Below, piece by piece: positions 52,590-62,881 of a stretch of 64,000 nucleotides of DNA. Both the position numbers and the translations under genes were made by a program. The notes beneath the pieces were generated by a model. The model did not search any database. It was not told the DNA's origin and worked only from the letters and a program-made list of their open reading frames with translations. How positions within the stretch are numbered: the stretch's first letter is position 1; each line of letters begins with the position of its first letter. The stretch spans positions 3,201 to 67,200 of the forward strand of contig JAQBBQ010000267.1 of the NCBI GenBank assembly GCA_032125995.1. The letters are read 5' to 3'. Source of the stretch: Betaproteobacteria bacterium (GTDB lineage: Bacteria > Pseudomonadota > Gammaproteobacteria > Burkholderiales > SG8-39).

Positions 52590-53080
52590 GATTCGCGGTC
52601 CGCAAAATACTGCTCGAGCAGCAGTTGTGCCGCATGCCCGTCGAGCGATCGTGTGCGCGCGGCAGCCGCCGCGCGCCGCCCGCCGGCCGCGGCGCGCAAC
52701 CGCGCCTCGGCCTCGACCGAGCTGTAGCTTTCGTCTACACGCGCCACGGGCAGGCCGAAGCGCCCCTCGAGCTGGCGCGCGAAGCGCTCGACGCGCGGCG
52801 CGAGCGGGTGCGTCTCACCGTCGCGTGCAGGCACGCCGACAACCATCGCGCAGGGTTGCCACTCGGTCACCAAACGACGGATTTCGGCGAAGCGCGCCTG
52901 CCCCTCGGCGGCGATCACGGCCAGCGGGTGCGCACTGCGCGTCTCGAGGTCGCCGACCGCAACGCCGACGCGTCGCGCGCCGAAGTCGAACGCCAGCACG
53001 GTTCCACGAACCGGGGAGAAATGAAGGGGAACTGCAGGCGGGGCGTTTGGCGCTGAACGCGGCATCGCGCGCTCAGGCAT
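52586..53080 (-). CDS. ruvX: Holliday junction resolvase-like RuvX (YqgF)
   Basis: …[17 protein letters not shown]… and …[11 protein letters not shown]…. The start is uncertain (ATG 53080 or 53065). Confidence 0.85.
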   Translation of the reverse strand: MPERAMPRSAPNAPPAVPLHFSPVRGTVLAFDFGARRVGVAVGDLETRSAHPLAVIAAEGQARFAEIRRLVTEWQPCAMVVGVPARDGETHPLAPRVERFARQLEGRFGLPVARVDESYSSVEAEARLRAAAGGRRAAAAARTRSLDGHAAQLLLEQYFADRES

Positions 53081-53633
53081 GTCCCGCCACGTCCGAGAGG
53101 CGCGCGAAATCGATCCCCAGCAGTTCCATCGCTGCCGGCAGGCGCTCCTCGGCCGGAAGGTCGAAGATGATCGCGTCGCGCGCTTCGACCGACAGCCACG
53201 CGTTCTGCGACAGTTCGTGTTCGAGCTGACCGGCAGCCCACCCCGCGTAACCGAGCGTGACCATCATTCGTTGCGGTCCTTCGCCGCGCCCCACGGCCTC
53301 GAGGATGTCCTTCGAGGTCGTCAGACCGATGGCTTCGCGCACCCGCAGCGTCGACTGCCATTCGCCGGGCGGGGCGTGGAGGACGAATCCGCGGTCGGTC
53401 TGCACCGGCCCGCCGAAGTACACCGGCGCGCCAGCAAGGTCATGCTGTTTCAGGGCGAGCGATAGGCGCTCGAACAAGGCCTGCAGGGTGAGATCGATCG
53501 GCCGATTGACGACCAGGCCAAGCGCGCCCTGATCGTTGTGCTCGCACAGATAGGTCAAGGTCTTCGAAAAATAGGGATCCACCATGCTTGGCATGGCGAT
53601 CAGGAAGTGATTCGTCAGATTGATCGAGGACAT
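53073..53633 (-). CDS. yqgE: YqgE/AlgH-family protein
   Basis: 186 aa, [40 protein letters not shown]. Confidence 0.88.
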   Translation of the reverse strand: MSSINLTNHFLIAMPSMVDPYFSKTLTYLCEHNDQGALGLVVNRPIDLTLQALFERLSLALKQHDLAGAPVYFGGPVQTDRGFVLHAPPGEWQSTLRVREAIGLTTSKDILEAVGRGEGPQRMMVTLGYAGWAAGQLEHELSQNAWLSVEARDAIIFDLPAEERLPAAMELLGIDFARLSDVAGHA

Positions 53634-53772
53634 GCGTACGAGTATTTTAACCCCGTCCCCTATCCTAGACAGGGCCCCCCGGTCATGGTTCCGTCCGCCG
53701 GCAGCCTGATGTGGTTTCGCCGCGATCTGCGCGCCACGCCCGCGCGCTGCACATCATCAGCGGGTCGGCGTG

Positions 53773-53955
53773 TCAGATCTCCACCATCTCGAAATCTTCC
53801 TTCCGCGCGCCGCACTCAGGGCAGGTCCAGTTGATCGGCACGTCCTCCCAGCGCGTACCTGGCGCGAGGCCCTCGTCCGGAAGTCCCGCCGCCTCGTCAT
53901 AGACGAAGCCGCAGATCAGACACATCCAGGTGCGGGTAAGCGTGGTATCGGACAT
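53773..53955 (-). CDS. rubredoxin
   Basis: 60 aa with two CxxC pairs (CLICGFVYDE … WTCPECGARKEDF). Confidence 0.92.
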   Translation of the reverse strand: MSDTTLTRTWMCLICGFVYDEAAGLPDEGLAPGTRWEDVPINWTCPECGARKEDFEMVEI

Positions 53956-54054
53956 GAGGATTATTCGAGTGGTGAGTTAAAATCGCGTGGCATCTTAGCG
54001 CATTCCGCCGTGTCGGCTTTTGTAACGCGTCGGGCAGCGAGTGAGCCGCACCGC

Positions 54055-54891
54055 ATGGCATCGCTTCCACCCATTGTTCTCAGCTTTGCCGCATCGGATC
54101 CCACCGGCGGCGCGGGCCTGCAGGCCGATCTGCTCACGCTCGCCAGCATGGGCTGCCACCCACTGTCGGTTGTCACCGCGCTCACCGTCCAGGACACGCG
54201 CGGCGTCGAGGGTGTGCTTGCGATCGACGCCGAATGGGTCAGCGCACAGGCGCGCACGCTGCTCGAGGACATGCCGGTCGCGGCGTTCAAGCTCGGCGTG
54301 CTCGGCTCGGCGGAGAACGCGGCGGCGATTGCCGAGGTTCTCGCCGATTACCCGGCCGTGCCGGTAATTCTCGATCCGGTGCTCACGTCCGGGCGCGGTG
54401 ACGCGCTCGCCGACGACGCACTGGTACAGGCACTGCGAACCCTCATCGTTCCGCAGAGCACGATCGTGACGCCGAACAGTATCGAGGCGCGGCGGCTTGC
54501 GGAAGACGAGCTCGAAGACGAGGCGCTCGACCTTGACGATTGCGCGCAACGGCTGCTCGCCATGGGCTGTCACTACGTGCTCATTACCGGAACCCACGAG
54601 ATCGGAACCGAGGTCGTAAATACGCTGTACGCCGACGGCGGCGTGGTGCGTACCGACCGCTGGCCGCGCCTGCCCGGGAGCTACCACGGTTCCGGTTGCA
54701 CGCTCGCATCGGCCCTTGCTGCGGCGCTTGCAAACGGGCTGGACGTAGCGGAGGCCGCGCACGACGCCCAGGAATTCACCTGGCAGGCGCTCGCGAACGG
54801 CTTTCGTCCCGGCATGGGGCAGCTGCTGCCCGACCGTTTCTTCTGGGCACGCGACAGCGGCGGGCAAGAGAATGACGAGGCGGCCGCGTGA
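54055..54891 (+). CDS. thiD: hydroxymethylpyrimidine/phosphomethylpyrimidine kinase
   Basis: Start at MASLPPIVLSFAASDPTGGAGLQADL. ThiD-like over its full length. Confidence 0.9.
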   Translation: MASLPPIVLSFAASDPTGGAGLQADLLTLASMGCHPLSVVTALTVQDTRGVEGVLAIDAEWVSAQARTLLEDMPVAAFKLGVLGSAENAAAIAEVLADYPAVPVILDPVLTSGRGDALADDALVQALRTLIVPQSTIVTPNSIEARRLAEDELEDEALDLDDCAQRLLAMGCHYVLITGTHEIGTEVVNTLYADGGVVRTDRWPRLPGSYHGSGCTLASALAAALANGLDVAEAAHDAQEFTWQALANGFRPGMGQLLPDRFFWARDSGGQENDEAAA

Positions 54892-55535
54892 GGCTGCGAG
54901 GTCTTTACGCGATCACGCCGCTCGGCCTGCCACAGACCGAACTCGTCGCCCGCGTACAGCGCGCACTCGAGGGCGGCGCACGTCTGCTGCAATACCGCAG
55001 CAAGCAGAGTAAGGAGAGTAAAAACAACGACGCGGACCAGCGCATCAACGAGGCGCGCGCGCTCGCCGCGCTGTGCCGCGCGCATGGCGCGGCGTTCATC
55101 GTCAACGACGATGTCGAACTCGCGCTCGCGATCGATGCCGACGGGGTACATCTCGGCCGCGACGACGCTGATATTGCCGCCGCCCGCGGTCGCCTTCCCG
55201 GCAAGCTGGTCGGTGCCTCCTGCTATGACCGCGTCGACCTCGCGCGCGCCGCAGTCAGTGCCGGCGCGGACTATGTCGCGTTCGGCAGCGTGTTCGCCTC
55301 GCCCACCAAGCCCGGTGCGGTACGCGCGCCGCTCTCGCTGTTTGCGGAGGCGCGCGCGCTCGGCGTGCCACTGTGCGCGATCGGCGGCATCACGGTGGAC
55401 AATGCGCCCGCAGTCGTTGGCGCGGGCGCCGACCTCCTCGCGGTCATCTCCGACCTGTTCGATGCGCCCGACGTGGCGGTACGCGCGGGCGCTTTTGCGA
55501 AGCTGTTTGACCCTGAATCGGTGACATCGCCATGA
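54888..55535 (+). CDS. thiE: thiamine-phosphate synthase
   Basis: The GTG start overlaps the thiD stop (GTGA). LYAITP…, …[10 protein letters not shown]…DGVHLG… and …ICAIGGIT…. Confidence 0.9.
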   Translation: MRLRGLYAITPLGLPQTELVARVQRALEGGARLLQYRSKQSKESKNNDADQRINEARALAALCRAHGAAFIVNDDVELALAIDADGVHLGRDDADIAAARGRLPGKLVGASCYDRVDLARAAVSAGADYVAFGSVFASPTKPGAVRAPLSLFAEARALGVPLCAIGGITVDNAPAVVGAGADLLAVISDLFDAPDVAVRAGAFAKLFDPESVTSP

Positions 55536-56887
55536 GCTCAAGCGCCCCAACCACCCCAATCACGCCGCGTACGCCGAGTACGCCGAGTACGCCGAGTACG
55601 CCACTTACGTCACGCAACGAAACCCTGTTTGCGCGCGCGCAGGCGTGCATTCCGGCCGGGGTGAACTCGCCGGTGCGCGCATTTCGGGCGGTCGGCGGCA
55701 CGCCGCCATTTTTGGAGCGCGCACTGGGCGCCTATCTCTGGGATGCGGACGGCAAGCGCTACATCGACTACGTGGGGTCCTGGGGTCCGATGGTCGTCGG
55801 CCACACCGATGGCACGGTCGTCAAGGCGGTGCAGGAAGCGGCAGCGCGTGCGCTGTCCTTCGGCGCACCGACCGAAGCCGAGATTGAGCTGGCCGAAACG
55901 ATCTGCCGCCTCGTGCCGTCGATCGAGTTGGTACGGCTGGTATCTTCAGGTACTGAAGCGACGATGTCCGCATTGCGCCTCGCGCGCGGCGCCACCGGGC
56001 GCAGCGTGATCGTCAAATTCGAGGGCTGCTACCACGGCCACGCCGACAGCCTGCTGGTCAAGGCCGGCTCAGGTGCGCTCACCTTCGGCAACCCCTCCTC
56101 TGCCGGTGTACCCGCCGAGACCGCGGCGCAGTCCGTGGTGCTCGACTACAACGACGCGGCCCAGGTGCGCGCGCTGTTCGCCACGCGCGGCGGCGAAATC
56201 GCCGCAGTAATCGTCGAACCGGTCGCGGGCAACATGAACCTCGTACAGCCAGTGCCCGGGTTCCTGGAGGCGCTGCGCGAAGAATGCACCACGCACGGCG
56301 CGGTGCTGATCTTCGACGAGGTGATGACGGGCTTTCGCGTCGCGCTCGGCGGCGCGCAGGCGCGCTTCGGTATCCGCCCCGACCTCACGACGCTCGGCAA
56401 GGTGATCGGCGGCGGGATGCCGGTCGGCGCTTTCGGTGGCGCGCGCGAAATCATGCAGCACATCGCGCCGCTCGGCGCCGTGTACCAGGCAGGCACCCTG
56501 TCCGGCAATCCGGTCGCGGTTGCCGCGGGCCTGGCCACGCTCACGATCGTCGAGCGCACCGGATTCCAGGAGGCCATAGAAGCGACGACGCAGGCGCTGG
56601 TCGAAGGCCTTGCGGCCGAAGCGAAGTCTGCGGGCGCGACGTTTTCAGCGCAGTCGGTCGGCAGCATGTTCGGCCTCTATTTCCGCGCCGCACCGCCGAC
56701 GAGTTTTGCCGAGGTCATGCAGTGCGACAAGGATCGGTTCAACCAGTTCTTCCATGCGATGCTCGAGCGCGGGGTGTATCTCGCGCCGTCGGCGTTCGAG
56801 GCCGGGTTCGTCTCGGCGGCGCACGGCAGCGCCGAAATCGACGCGACGCTGGCTGCCGCGCGCGAGGCGTTCCGCAGCCTCGCCTAG
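55532..56887 (+). CDS. hemL: glutamate-1-semialdehyde 2,1-aminomutase with PxT-rich N-terminal extension
   Basis: The ATG overlaps the thiE stop (ATGA). The conserved HemL core begins at [25 protein letters not shown]. No in-frame ATG, GTG or TTG lies between 55532 and that core, so the 26-aa extension appears to be translated. Confidence 0.9.
   Translation: MSSSAPTTPITPRTPSTPSTPSTPLTSRNETLFARAQACIPAGVNSPVRAFRAVGGTPPFLERALGAYLWDADGKRYIDYVGSWGPMVVGHTDGTVVKAVQEAAARALSFGAPTEAEIELAETICRLVPSIELVRLVSSGTEATMSALRLARGATGRSVIVKFEGCYHGHADSLLVKAGSGALTFGNPSSAGVPAETAAQSVVLDYNDAAQVRALFATRGGEIAAVIVEPVAGNMNLVQPVPGFLEALREECTTHGAVLIFDEVMTGFRVALGGAQARFGIRPDLTTLGKVIGGGMPVGAFGGAREIMQHIAPLGAVYQAGTLSGNPVAVAAGLATLTIVERTGFQEAIEATTQALVEGLAAEAKSAGATFSAQSVGSMFGLYFRAAPPTSFAEVMQCDKDRFNQFFHAMLERGVYLAPSAFEAGFVSAAHGSAEIDATLAAAREAFRSLA
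55547..55609 (+). repeat. 9-bp in-frame tandem repeat array (7 units, 3 identical CCGAGTACG) encoding [21 protein letters not shown]
   Basis: Read directly. The perfect core is at 55574-55600 and the flanking units are degenerate. Confidence 0.9.
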
Positions 56888-58290
56888 ACCAGAAGTATCG
56901 TCGCCAGTCCGAGGAAGATGAAGAATCCGCCGCTGTCGGTGCAGGCGGTGATGAGCACCGACGAGCCGATCGCGGGGTCGCGCCCGAGGCGCGCGCGCAC
57001 CCAGGGAATGGCAACGCCCATGACCGCGGCAAGGACCAGCGTTAGCAGCATGGCGAGGGCCATCACGCCGCCCAGCGCAACATTGCCGTAGAGCCAGATC
57101 GTCACTACGCCGAGCAAGCTGCCCCAGACCACCCCGTTCAACAGCGCAACACTCAGCTCCTTGCGCAGCAGCGCGCGCCACGCCCCCTGGAGCTGACCGA
57201 GGGCGAGCGCGCGCACGATCATGGTCATCGTCTGATTGCCGGAATTGCCGCCGATGCCGGCCACGATCGGCATCAGCGCAGCCAACGCGACGAGCTGGGC
57301 GATCGAATGCTCGAAAGCGTCGATCACGCGCGACGCGATGAACGCCGTCACCAGGTTCACCGCCAGCCACGACCAGCGGTTCCGAAAGCTGTTCAGCACC
57401 GACGCGAAGATGTCTTCTTCTTCCGCCAGGCCGGCCTCGGCGAGCTGGGTTTCTTCGCTGCGCTCGCGAATGTAGTCGACCACCGCGTCCACCGTGACGC
57501 GTCCAACGAGGCGTCCCTCGGCGTCGACCACCGGCGCCGAGACGAGGTCGTAGCGTTCGAACGCACGCGCCGCATCTTCCGCGCGATCCTCCGGGTGCAG
57601 CGTGACCTGCTCCGGCACCAACACCGCGGCCACCTCGAGCTCGAGGTCCGACACGATCAGTCGCGTGATCGGCAACGCGCCGCACAAGCGGCGCGCGCGG
57701 TCGACGACGAACAACTGGTCGCTGTGGTCGGGCAGTTCGTCCATGCGGCGCAGGTAGCGCGTCACGACCTCCAGCGCGACGTCCTCGCGCACCGTGATGA
57801 ACTCGAAGTCCATCAGCGCACCGACGGTACCCTCCTTGTAAGACAGCGCGGCGCGGAGCTGCTCGCGCTCGTCCAGCGGTAGCGACTGGGCGACTTCCTG
57901 GATGACCTCATCGGGCAGATCGGGGGCGAGGTCGGCGAGCTCGTCGGCCTCGAGTGTCCCCGCCGCGGCGACGAGCTCGTCGGAGTCCATGTTCGCGATG
58001 AGCGATTCGCGCACCGCATCCGACACCTCGAGCAGGATCTCGCCGTCGCGGTCGGCCTTGACAAGATCCCAGACGACGAGCCGGTCCTCGACCGGCAAGG
58101 CCTCGAGGATGAAGGCAATATCGGCGGCGTGCAGCCTGTCGAGGCGGCCGCGCAGCTCGGCGAGCTGCTGCGAATGCATGAGCTGCTCGACCGGTCCGTG
58201 GCGCTCGAGCAGCGTCTGCACCTCGCGCAGGTGCCTCTCGAGATCCTCGACTTCGCGTCGCGTCTGCACCGTAGGCATTCTGCGAACCAT
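56884..58290 (-). CDS. mgtE: magnesium transporter MgtE
   Basis: 468 aa with the MgtE N-domain, tandem CBS domains and a C-terminal TM domain (…[13 protein letters not shown]…). Confidence 0.92.
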   Translation of the reverse strand: MVRRMPTVQTRREVEDLERHLREVQTLLERHGPVEQLMHSQQLAELRGRLDRLHAADIAFILEALPVEDRLVVWDLVKADRDGEILLEVSDAVRESLIANMDSDELVAAAGTLEADELADLAPDLPDEVIQEVAQSLPLDEREQLRAALSYKEGTVGALMDFEFITVREDVALEVVTRYLRRMDELPDHSDQLFVVDRARRLCGALPITRLIVSDLELEVAAVLVPEQVTLHPEDRAEDAARAFERYDLVSAPVVDAEGRLVGRVTVDAVVDYIRERSEETQLAEAGLAEEEDIFASVLNSFRNRWSWLAVNLVTAFIASRVIDAFEHSIAQLVALAALMPIVAGIGGNSGNQTMTMIVRALALGQLQGAWRALLRKELSVALLNGVVWGSLLGVVTIWLYGNVALGGVMALAMLLTLVLAAVMGVAIPWVRARLGRDPAIGSSVLITACTDSGGFFIFLGLATILLV

Positions 58291-58357
58291 TGTATGGGTT
58301 CGCCGCCGGACGCGTCATGCCCGCGGCGCCCGCTGTCTTGCCGTGGCGCGGCGCCGC

Positions 58358-59077
58358 TCAGGGTATTCGGGCGCTGCGCATCCGCGTCAGGATCACGTCG
58401 ACGCGCTGCGCGAGATAGGGCGTCGTACCACCGCGCGCATAGCGCCGCGGGCTCGGCAGCACCGCCGCGAGCCACGCCGCCTGCGGCGCGGTCAGCGCTG
58501 CCGCCGGCACGCCAAAATGATGCCGCGCAGCCGCCTCTGCGCCGAACACGTCCTCGCCCCACTCCGCCACGTTCAGGTACAGCTCGAGGATGCGGCGCTT
58601 GCTCATACTGGCCTCGAGCATCCAGGCGATCGCGGCCTCCTGCACCTTGCGCAACCACGAACGATCGCCCGAGAGAAACAGATTCTTCGCCAGTTGTTGG
58701 CTGATCGTCGATGCGCCCGTCACGACGCGTCCGCGGCGCTGGTTCTTTTCGATCGCCTTGTGGATCGCGTCCCAGTCGAGCCCCCCGTGCTCGAGAAAAC
58801 GGGCGTCCTCGGCAGCAATGACCGCGCGCTTGAGATGAATCGAGATCTGCCCATACGGCACCCAGCGAACCGCGAGCCGCGCGTGCCGAACGGGATTCTT
58901 CCCCTCGAGCGCCGCGCGGGCACGCAGGGTTTCGCTGCGCGCCTGCATGAACGCCGTGCGCGCCGGATCGTTGTGCGCAACCCAGAGCACCTGGGCCAGG
59001 AACCAGAGTTGCACGACGAGGAAGACCGCGACGACGACGACGCCGACCGCGCCGACAAGCTTGGCGGCGAATCGCAT
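58358..59077 (-). CDS. mtgA: monofunctional biosynthetic peptidoglycan transglycosylase
   Basis: Start at MRFAAKLVGAVGVVVV. GT51 motifs (AAEDARFLEHGG, GASTISQQLAKNLF). Confidence 0.88.
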   Translation of the reverse strand: MRFAAKLVGAVGVVVVAVFLVVQLWFLAQVLWVAHNDPARTAFMQARSETLRARAALEGKNPVRHARLAVRWVPYGQISIHLKRAVIAAEDARFLEHGGLDWDAIHKAIEKNQRRGRVVTGASTISQQLAKNLFLSGDRSWLRKVQEAAIAWMLEASMSKRRILELYLNVAEWGEDVFGAEAAARHHFGVPAAALTAPQAAWLAAVLPSPRRYARGGTTPYLAQRVDVILTRMRSARIP

Positions 59078-59090
59078 CACGCGACGCGGC

Positions 59091-59891
59091 TTAGGCACCG
59101 CGCAGGGCGGCGAGGACCGGTCCGGTGTCTGGGCGCACGCCGCGCCAGATGGAAAACGATTCCGCGGCCTGCTCGACCAGCATCCCGATGCCGTCACAGG
59201 CGCGCACCTGGTGCGCGCGCGCGAAGGCGAGAAACGGCGTGTCTTTCCCGTACACCATGTCGTAGGCGAGCGCGCCACGCGCGAACAACTCACGTCGGAT
59301 CGGCGGCAGCACGCCAGTCAGACCGGCCGAGGTCGCGTTTACGACCAGGTCGAAAGCACCGCCATCGAGCAGGTCATAGCCCCCGCCCCGCACCCCGGCG
59401 AAGCGCACCGCAAGCGCCCGCGCACGCGCCGCGGTGCGGTTCACGATGACGAGCATCGACACGCCGGCGTCGAGCAAGGGTTGCACGACGCCCTGCGCCG
59501 CGCCGCCCGCGCCGAGCAGGAGCGCCCGCCGGCCTGCGAGCGCACAGTCGAGATTCGATTCGAGATCGCGTACCAGGCCTACCCCGTCCGTGTTGTCGCC
59601 GAAGACCGCAGCACGATCGAGCACCAGCGTATTGACCGCTTCAGCGGCGCGCGCCCGCGCGCTCAGCTCGCCGCAGTAGTGAAATGCCGCCGTCTTAAAC
59701 GGCAGTGTGACGTTCGCGCCGCGCCCGCCCGCGGTGCGAAACGTATCGACCGCCGTCTCGAATCCGTCGAGCGGCGCCTCGATGCGCCCGTAGTCCATGT
59801 CTTGGCCCATTGCACGCGCGAACGCGGCGTGGATCCAGGGCGATTTCGAATGCCCGATCGGATTCCCGATCACGACGTAGCGGTCAGTCAT
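59091..59891 (-). CDS. aroE: shikimate dehydrogenase
   Basis: Start at MTDRYVVIGNPIGHSKSPWIH, followed by …NVTLPFK…. Confidence 0.9.
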   Translation of the reverse strand: MTDRYVVIGNPIGHSKSPWIHAAFARAMGQDMDYGRIEAPLDGFETAVDTFRTAGGRGANVTLPFKTAAFHYCGELSARARAAEAVNTLVLDRAAVFGDNTDGVGLVRDLESNLDCALAGRRALLLGAGGAAQGVVQPLLDAGVSMLVIVNRTAARARALAVRFAGVRGGGYDLLDGGAFDLVVNATSAGLTGVLPPIRRELFARGALAYDMVYGKDTPFLAFARAHQVRACDGIGMLVEQAAESFSIWRGVRPDTGPVLAALRGA

Positions 59892-59984
59892 GCGCGTAGT
59901 GTACGAAGACGCGGCGCACCACGTCATTCAGGTTCATGGGCTGCCGGGGAAACGTCTCGCGTTTCCCCCCACATCAAAACCACG

Positions 59985-60917
59985 CTATTCAGTCCAGATC
60001 TTGTCGCCCCGACCGAAGAACCAGGTGCGCGTGATCACCAGCAGATCGGTATCGCGCCGGATGTTCGCAGGGAACGCCGCGAAGGGAGCCGCCATGCGAA
60101 CGATTTTGTAGGCTGCCTGGTCGAGCACTTTCAAGCCCGAGGACCGATCGAGTTCGACCGACTCGACGCCACCGTTGGCCCGGATCGTGACGGTCAGGCG
60201 CAGATTGCCGTAGATCTTCCCGCGCGCCTCCGGCGGGTAGTTGAGCGTGCCGACGCGCTCGACCTTCATCCGCCAGTCCTCTTCGTACTGCGCGAACCGG
60301 TACTCGATTGCGCGTGCGCCGATGAACTTCTTTCGCGGCCGCTTTTGGTAGGCTTGGACGCGCCGATCGAGCTGGGCCTGCAGCTTGAGCGCGGCGAGCG
60401 ACAGGTCCGCGAGTTCGCGTCCTGAGCGTTGCTCGACGGGCTTCTCGACCGGTTTCGGTTTGGGTTTGCGCGTCGGCTTCTGGACCTTCGCCGGCGTCTC
60501 GCGTTTTGTCTGTGCGAGCAGCGTGCGCTGCGTTTCTTCGAGCTCCTGGACCCGACGCTGGGCCTGCGCAATCGTCGCGCCGGTCGCGTCCGGCCGCGTC
60601 ACGGGCAACGGCGTTTTGGCGCGCACCGCCTGATCGGTGTTTCCGCCGCGATCCAGGTTCACCTGCGCGAGCGCATCGGCCTGCCGGGGTGCCTCCTTCG
60701 TCTTCGCGTTGACGAGGATGACTTCGAGCGGCAGGTTTGGCGACTTCCAGCGCAGCGCTTCCGGAAAGGTGAAGTGCACCGAAAGCAACACCGCATGCAG
60801 TGCGACGGAGACGACGACCGATGCGTGCAGTGCACGCGAGTGACGATGCGTGCCCGCCCAGACCCAGGGCGGGCGTATCGCAGCTGTCGCTAAAGCAGCC
60901 TGCAATTCTTGCCTCAA
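59985..60917 (-). CDS. TonB-family protein (C-terminal TonB domain)
   Basis: 310 aa with an N-terminal TM helix, a charged Pro/Lys linker (KPTRKPKPKPVEKPVE), and the C-terminal YPPEARGKIYGNLRLTVTIRANG…VELDRSSG…LDQAA. Confidence 0.75.
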   Translation of the reverse strand: MRQELQAALATAAIRPPWVWAGTHRHSRALHASVVVSVALHAVLLSVHFTFPEALRWKSPNLPLEVILVNAKTKEAPRQADALAQVNLDRGGNTDQAVRAKTPLPVTRPDATGATIAQAQRRVQELEETQRTLLAQTKRETPAKVQKPTRKPKPKPVEKPVEQRSGRELADLSLAALKLQAQLDRRVQAYQKRPRKKFIGARAIEYRFAQYEEDWRMKVERVGTLNYPPEARGKIYGNLRLTVTIRANGGVESVELDRSSGLKVLDQAAYKIVRMAAPFAAFPANIRRDTDLLVITRTWFFGRGDKIWTE

Positions 60918-60945
60918 GGAAACGGCCTGCCGCTATTCTACGACC

Positions 60946-62826
60946 TCAGGCCTCGGCGGGGGTGCCGTCCAAGGCGGCGTCGGCTTCGACGTCTCGCGTC
61001 TCGCGGTAGGTGCACGCGACCGTACGCTCAATCAAATCCACGGCACCGACCCCGAGCCGAACCCGTGTGCCGGGCTCGAGGTCAGGCAGCGAAGGTACCG
61101 CGACCGTCAATGGCAGCGCTGCCAACCGCGCAACGCGCTCGCGCAGCACCACCGCGTCGACGCTCTCGACCTGTTCCTGCAGCAACCAGCGCAGGCACCA
61201 ATAGGATTCCATTGCACGCTGGTGATCGACATAGCGCGCGTAGGTCAGTTCGAACGCGCGCATCGCCGACAACAGCGCGTCAGAGCTGCGTCCGAACGGG
61301 GCGCGCCGCCCCGCCAGCGTGGCGGCGAGCTGCCTCTGGTTTAGGAGATCGACGTAGCGCCGCAGCGGTGAGGTCATCCAGGCGTAGCACGAGACACCCA
61401 GTCCCTCATGCGCCTCCGGGTGCACGCTCAGACGGACCTTGCCCGATGACTGCACGCGGTAAATCGCCGCGATATCGCGCTCGGCGAGCAGGGTGCCCCA
61501 GGTCGTGTTGACCAGGATCATCAATTCGGCGACCAATTTGTCGAGCGGCGCACCACGTTTGCGGCGACGGATCTCGACGCGTCCGTTCTCGACAGCGACC
61601 GTGAACTCGTCGAACCCCGTGTTCACCGCGGGCCTGCCGCGCCGCGCTTCGAGTGCGCAGGCGAACTGCCACAGCGTGCGCAGCGCGTCCTCGAACGGTA
61701 GGCCGCAGGCGCTACCGTCAACAAACGCGACGTTCAGCGCGTCGTACTGCGCGTGGCGCAGGTTGGCGTCGATACGCACACGTTCGAGGCGCGTGGTGTG
61801 CCCACGCACACTGAAATCCTCGGGCGATACGTCGACATAAAGCGACATCGCAGGTTGCGCGGTGCCGTGATCGAGCGAGAAGCGTTCGATCACGTCCTCG
61901 GGCAGCATGGTGAATTTCTGCCCCGGCATGTAGGCCGTCGACAGCCGTTCGCGCGCGAGGGCGTCGATCGGCGAACCGGATTCAAACCCGAGCACCGGCG
62001 CCGCGATGTGAACGCCGATGCGCAATCCGCCGTCAGCGGTGCGCGTCACCGAGAAGGCGTCGTCGATCTCCGTCGTGCCAACGTCGTCCAGGCTAAAGGC
62101 CGCGTGCTCGGCGAGCGGAAGGTCTTCCGGCAGCTGCGGGGCGGCATGCGGCGGAAACTGCGCACCGTGTGGGAAGAACTCGTGAAGAAATGCATTCAGA
62201 TGGTAGGCGTAGCTGTCCGACAGCAGGCCGCAGCGTTCCAACAGACGCGCCGGCGCCAACCGCGTCTGTTTGCAGGCCTGCTCGAATGCTTTCGTTTCGG
62301 GCTTGTTGCGATCCGGGGCATAGAGCAACTCGTCCTTCAACGCCGCGATCTCGTCGGGACACTCGGCACGTGCAAGCTGTTCGGTCCACGTCTCGATACG
62401 CGCCTGCGTGTGGCGCTTTTTTTCCAAGCTCGCGATGGCGCGCTTGAGCGTCTCCTCGGATGCCGCCTGGAAGCGCCCACGGCCGCGGCGATAAAAGTAC
62501 ATTGGCGCCGAGTGCAGTTTCAGCAGCAAGCCCGCCGCTTCCACCGGCGTCGGCTCGTGACCGACGTAATCGCGCGCCAGTTCCTGGAAGCCGAATTCGC
62601 GCGCGCCGCAGCACTGCCAGAGAAAGTCCGTCTCGAGCGCCGCGGCGTAGTGCTGCGCCTGCGCCATCAGCTCCGCAGCCGCGGGGCGCTCGAAGTGCAT
62701 CAGCACGTTGCCCATCTTGACTTTGATCCGCCGCCCATGCGGCGTCTCGACCTGGTAGGAGGCCGTTGACTGGGCGAGCACCGCGGCGACCCGCAAGTCG
62801 CCCGACTCTTCGTACAGCACCTGCAT
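60946..62826 (-). CDS. RNase II-family 3'-5' exoribonuclease (RNB domain)
   Basis: Start at MQVLYEESGDLRVAAV. The RNB-like core has …TTEIDDAFSV… and …YAWMTSPLRRYVDL…. Confidence 0.8.
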   Translation of the reverse strand: MQVLYEESGDLRVAAVLAQSTASYQVETPHGRRIKVKMGNVLMHFERPAAAELMAQAQHYAAALETDFLWQCCGAREFGFQELARDYVGHEPTPVEAAGLLLKLHSAPMYFYRRGRGRFQAASEETLKRAIASLEKKRHTQARIETWTEQLARAECPDEIAALKDELLYAPDRNKPETKAFEQACKQTRLAPARLLERCGLLSDSYAYHLNAFLHEFFPHGAQFPPHAAPQLPEDLPLAEHAAFSLDDVGTTEIDDAFSVTRTADGGLRIGVHIAAPVLGFESGSPIDALARERLSTAYMPGQKFTMLPEDVIERFSLDHGTAQPAMSLYVDVSPEDFSVRGHTTRLERVRIDANLRHAQYDALNVAFVDGSACGLPFEDALRTLWQFACALEARRGRPAVNTGFDEFTVAVENGRVEIRRRKRGAPLDKLVAELMILVNTTWGTLLAERDIAAIYRVQSSGKVRLSVHPEAHEGLGVSCYAWMTSPLRRYVDLLNQRQLAATLAGRRAPFGRSSDALLSAMRAFELTYARYVDHQRAMESYWCLRWLLQEQVESVDAVVLRERVARLAALPLTVAVPSLPDLEPGTRVRLGVGAVDLIERTVACTYRETRDVEADAALDGTPAEA

Positions 62827-62881
62827 CGGGCGGGGATTATAGGGGCAGGCGTTGACGCCGCCTGCGCGCGGCGCGCCGCGC

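Noticed and set aside
53956-54054. Looked for a TPP (THI-box) riboswitch upstream of thiD-thiE
   Set aside because: The 99-nt leader lacks the conserved CUGAGA and ACCUGAUCUGGAUAAUGCCAGCG-like elements.
55444-55701. Minus-strand ORF with [17 protein letters not shown] repeat
   Set aside because: It is simply the antisense reading of the hemL 9-bp tandem repeat, and it overlaps the thiE and hemL coding frames.
58291-58357. Looked for an M-box (Mg2+) riboswitch upstream of mgtE
   Set aside because: Only 67 nt separate mgtE from the upstream mtgA gene, which is too short for an M-box, and no conserved elements were seen.
57902-59449. 515-aa plus-strand ORF
   Set aside because: It lies antisense to mgtE, mtgA and aroE, and has low-complexity Arg/Ser/Ala composition. 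High-GC artefact.
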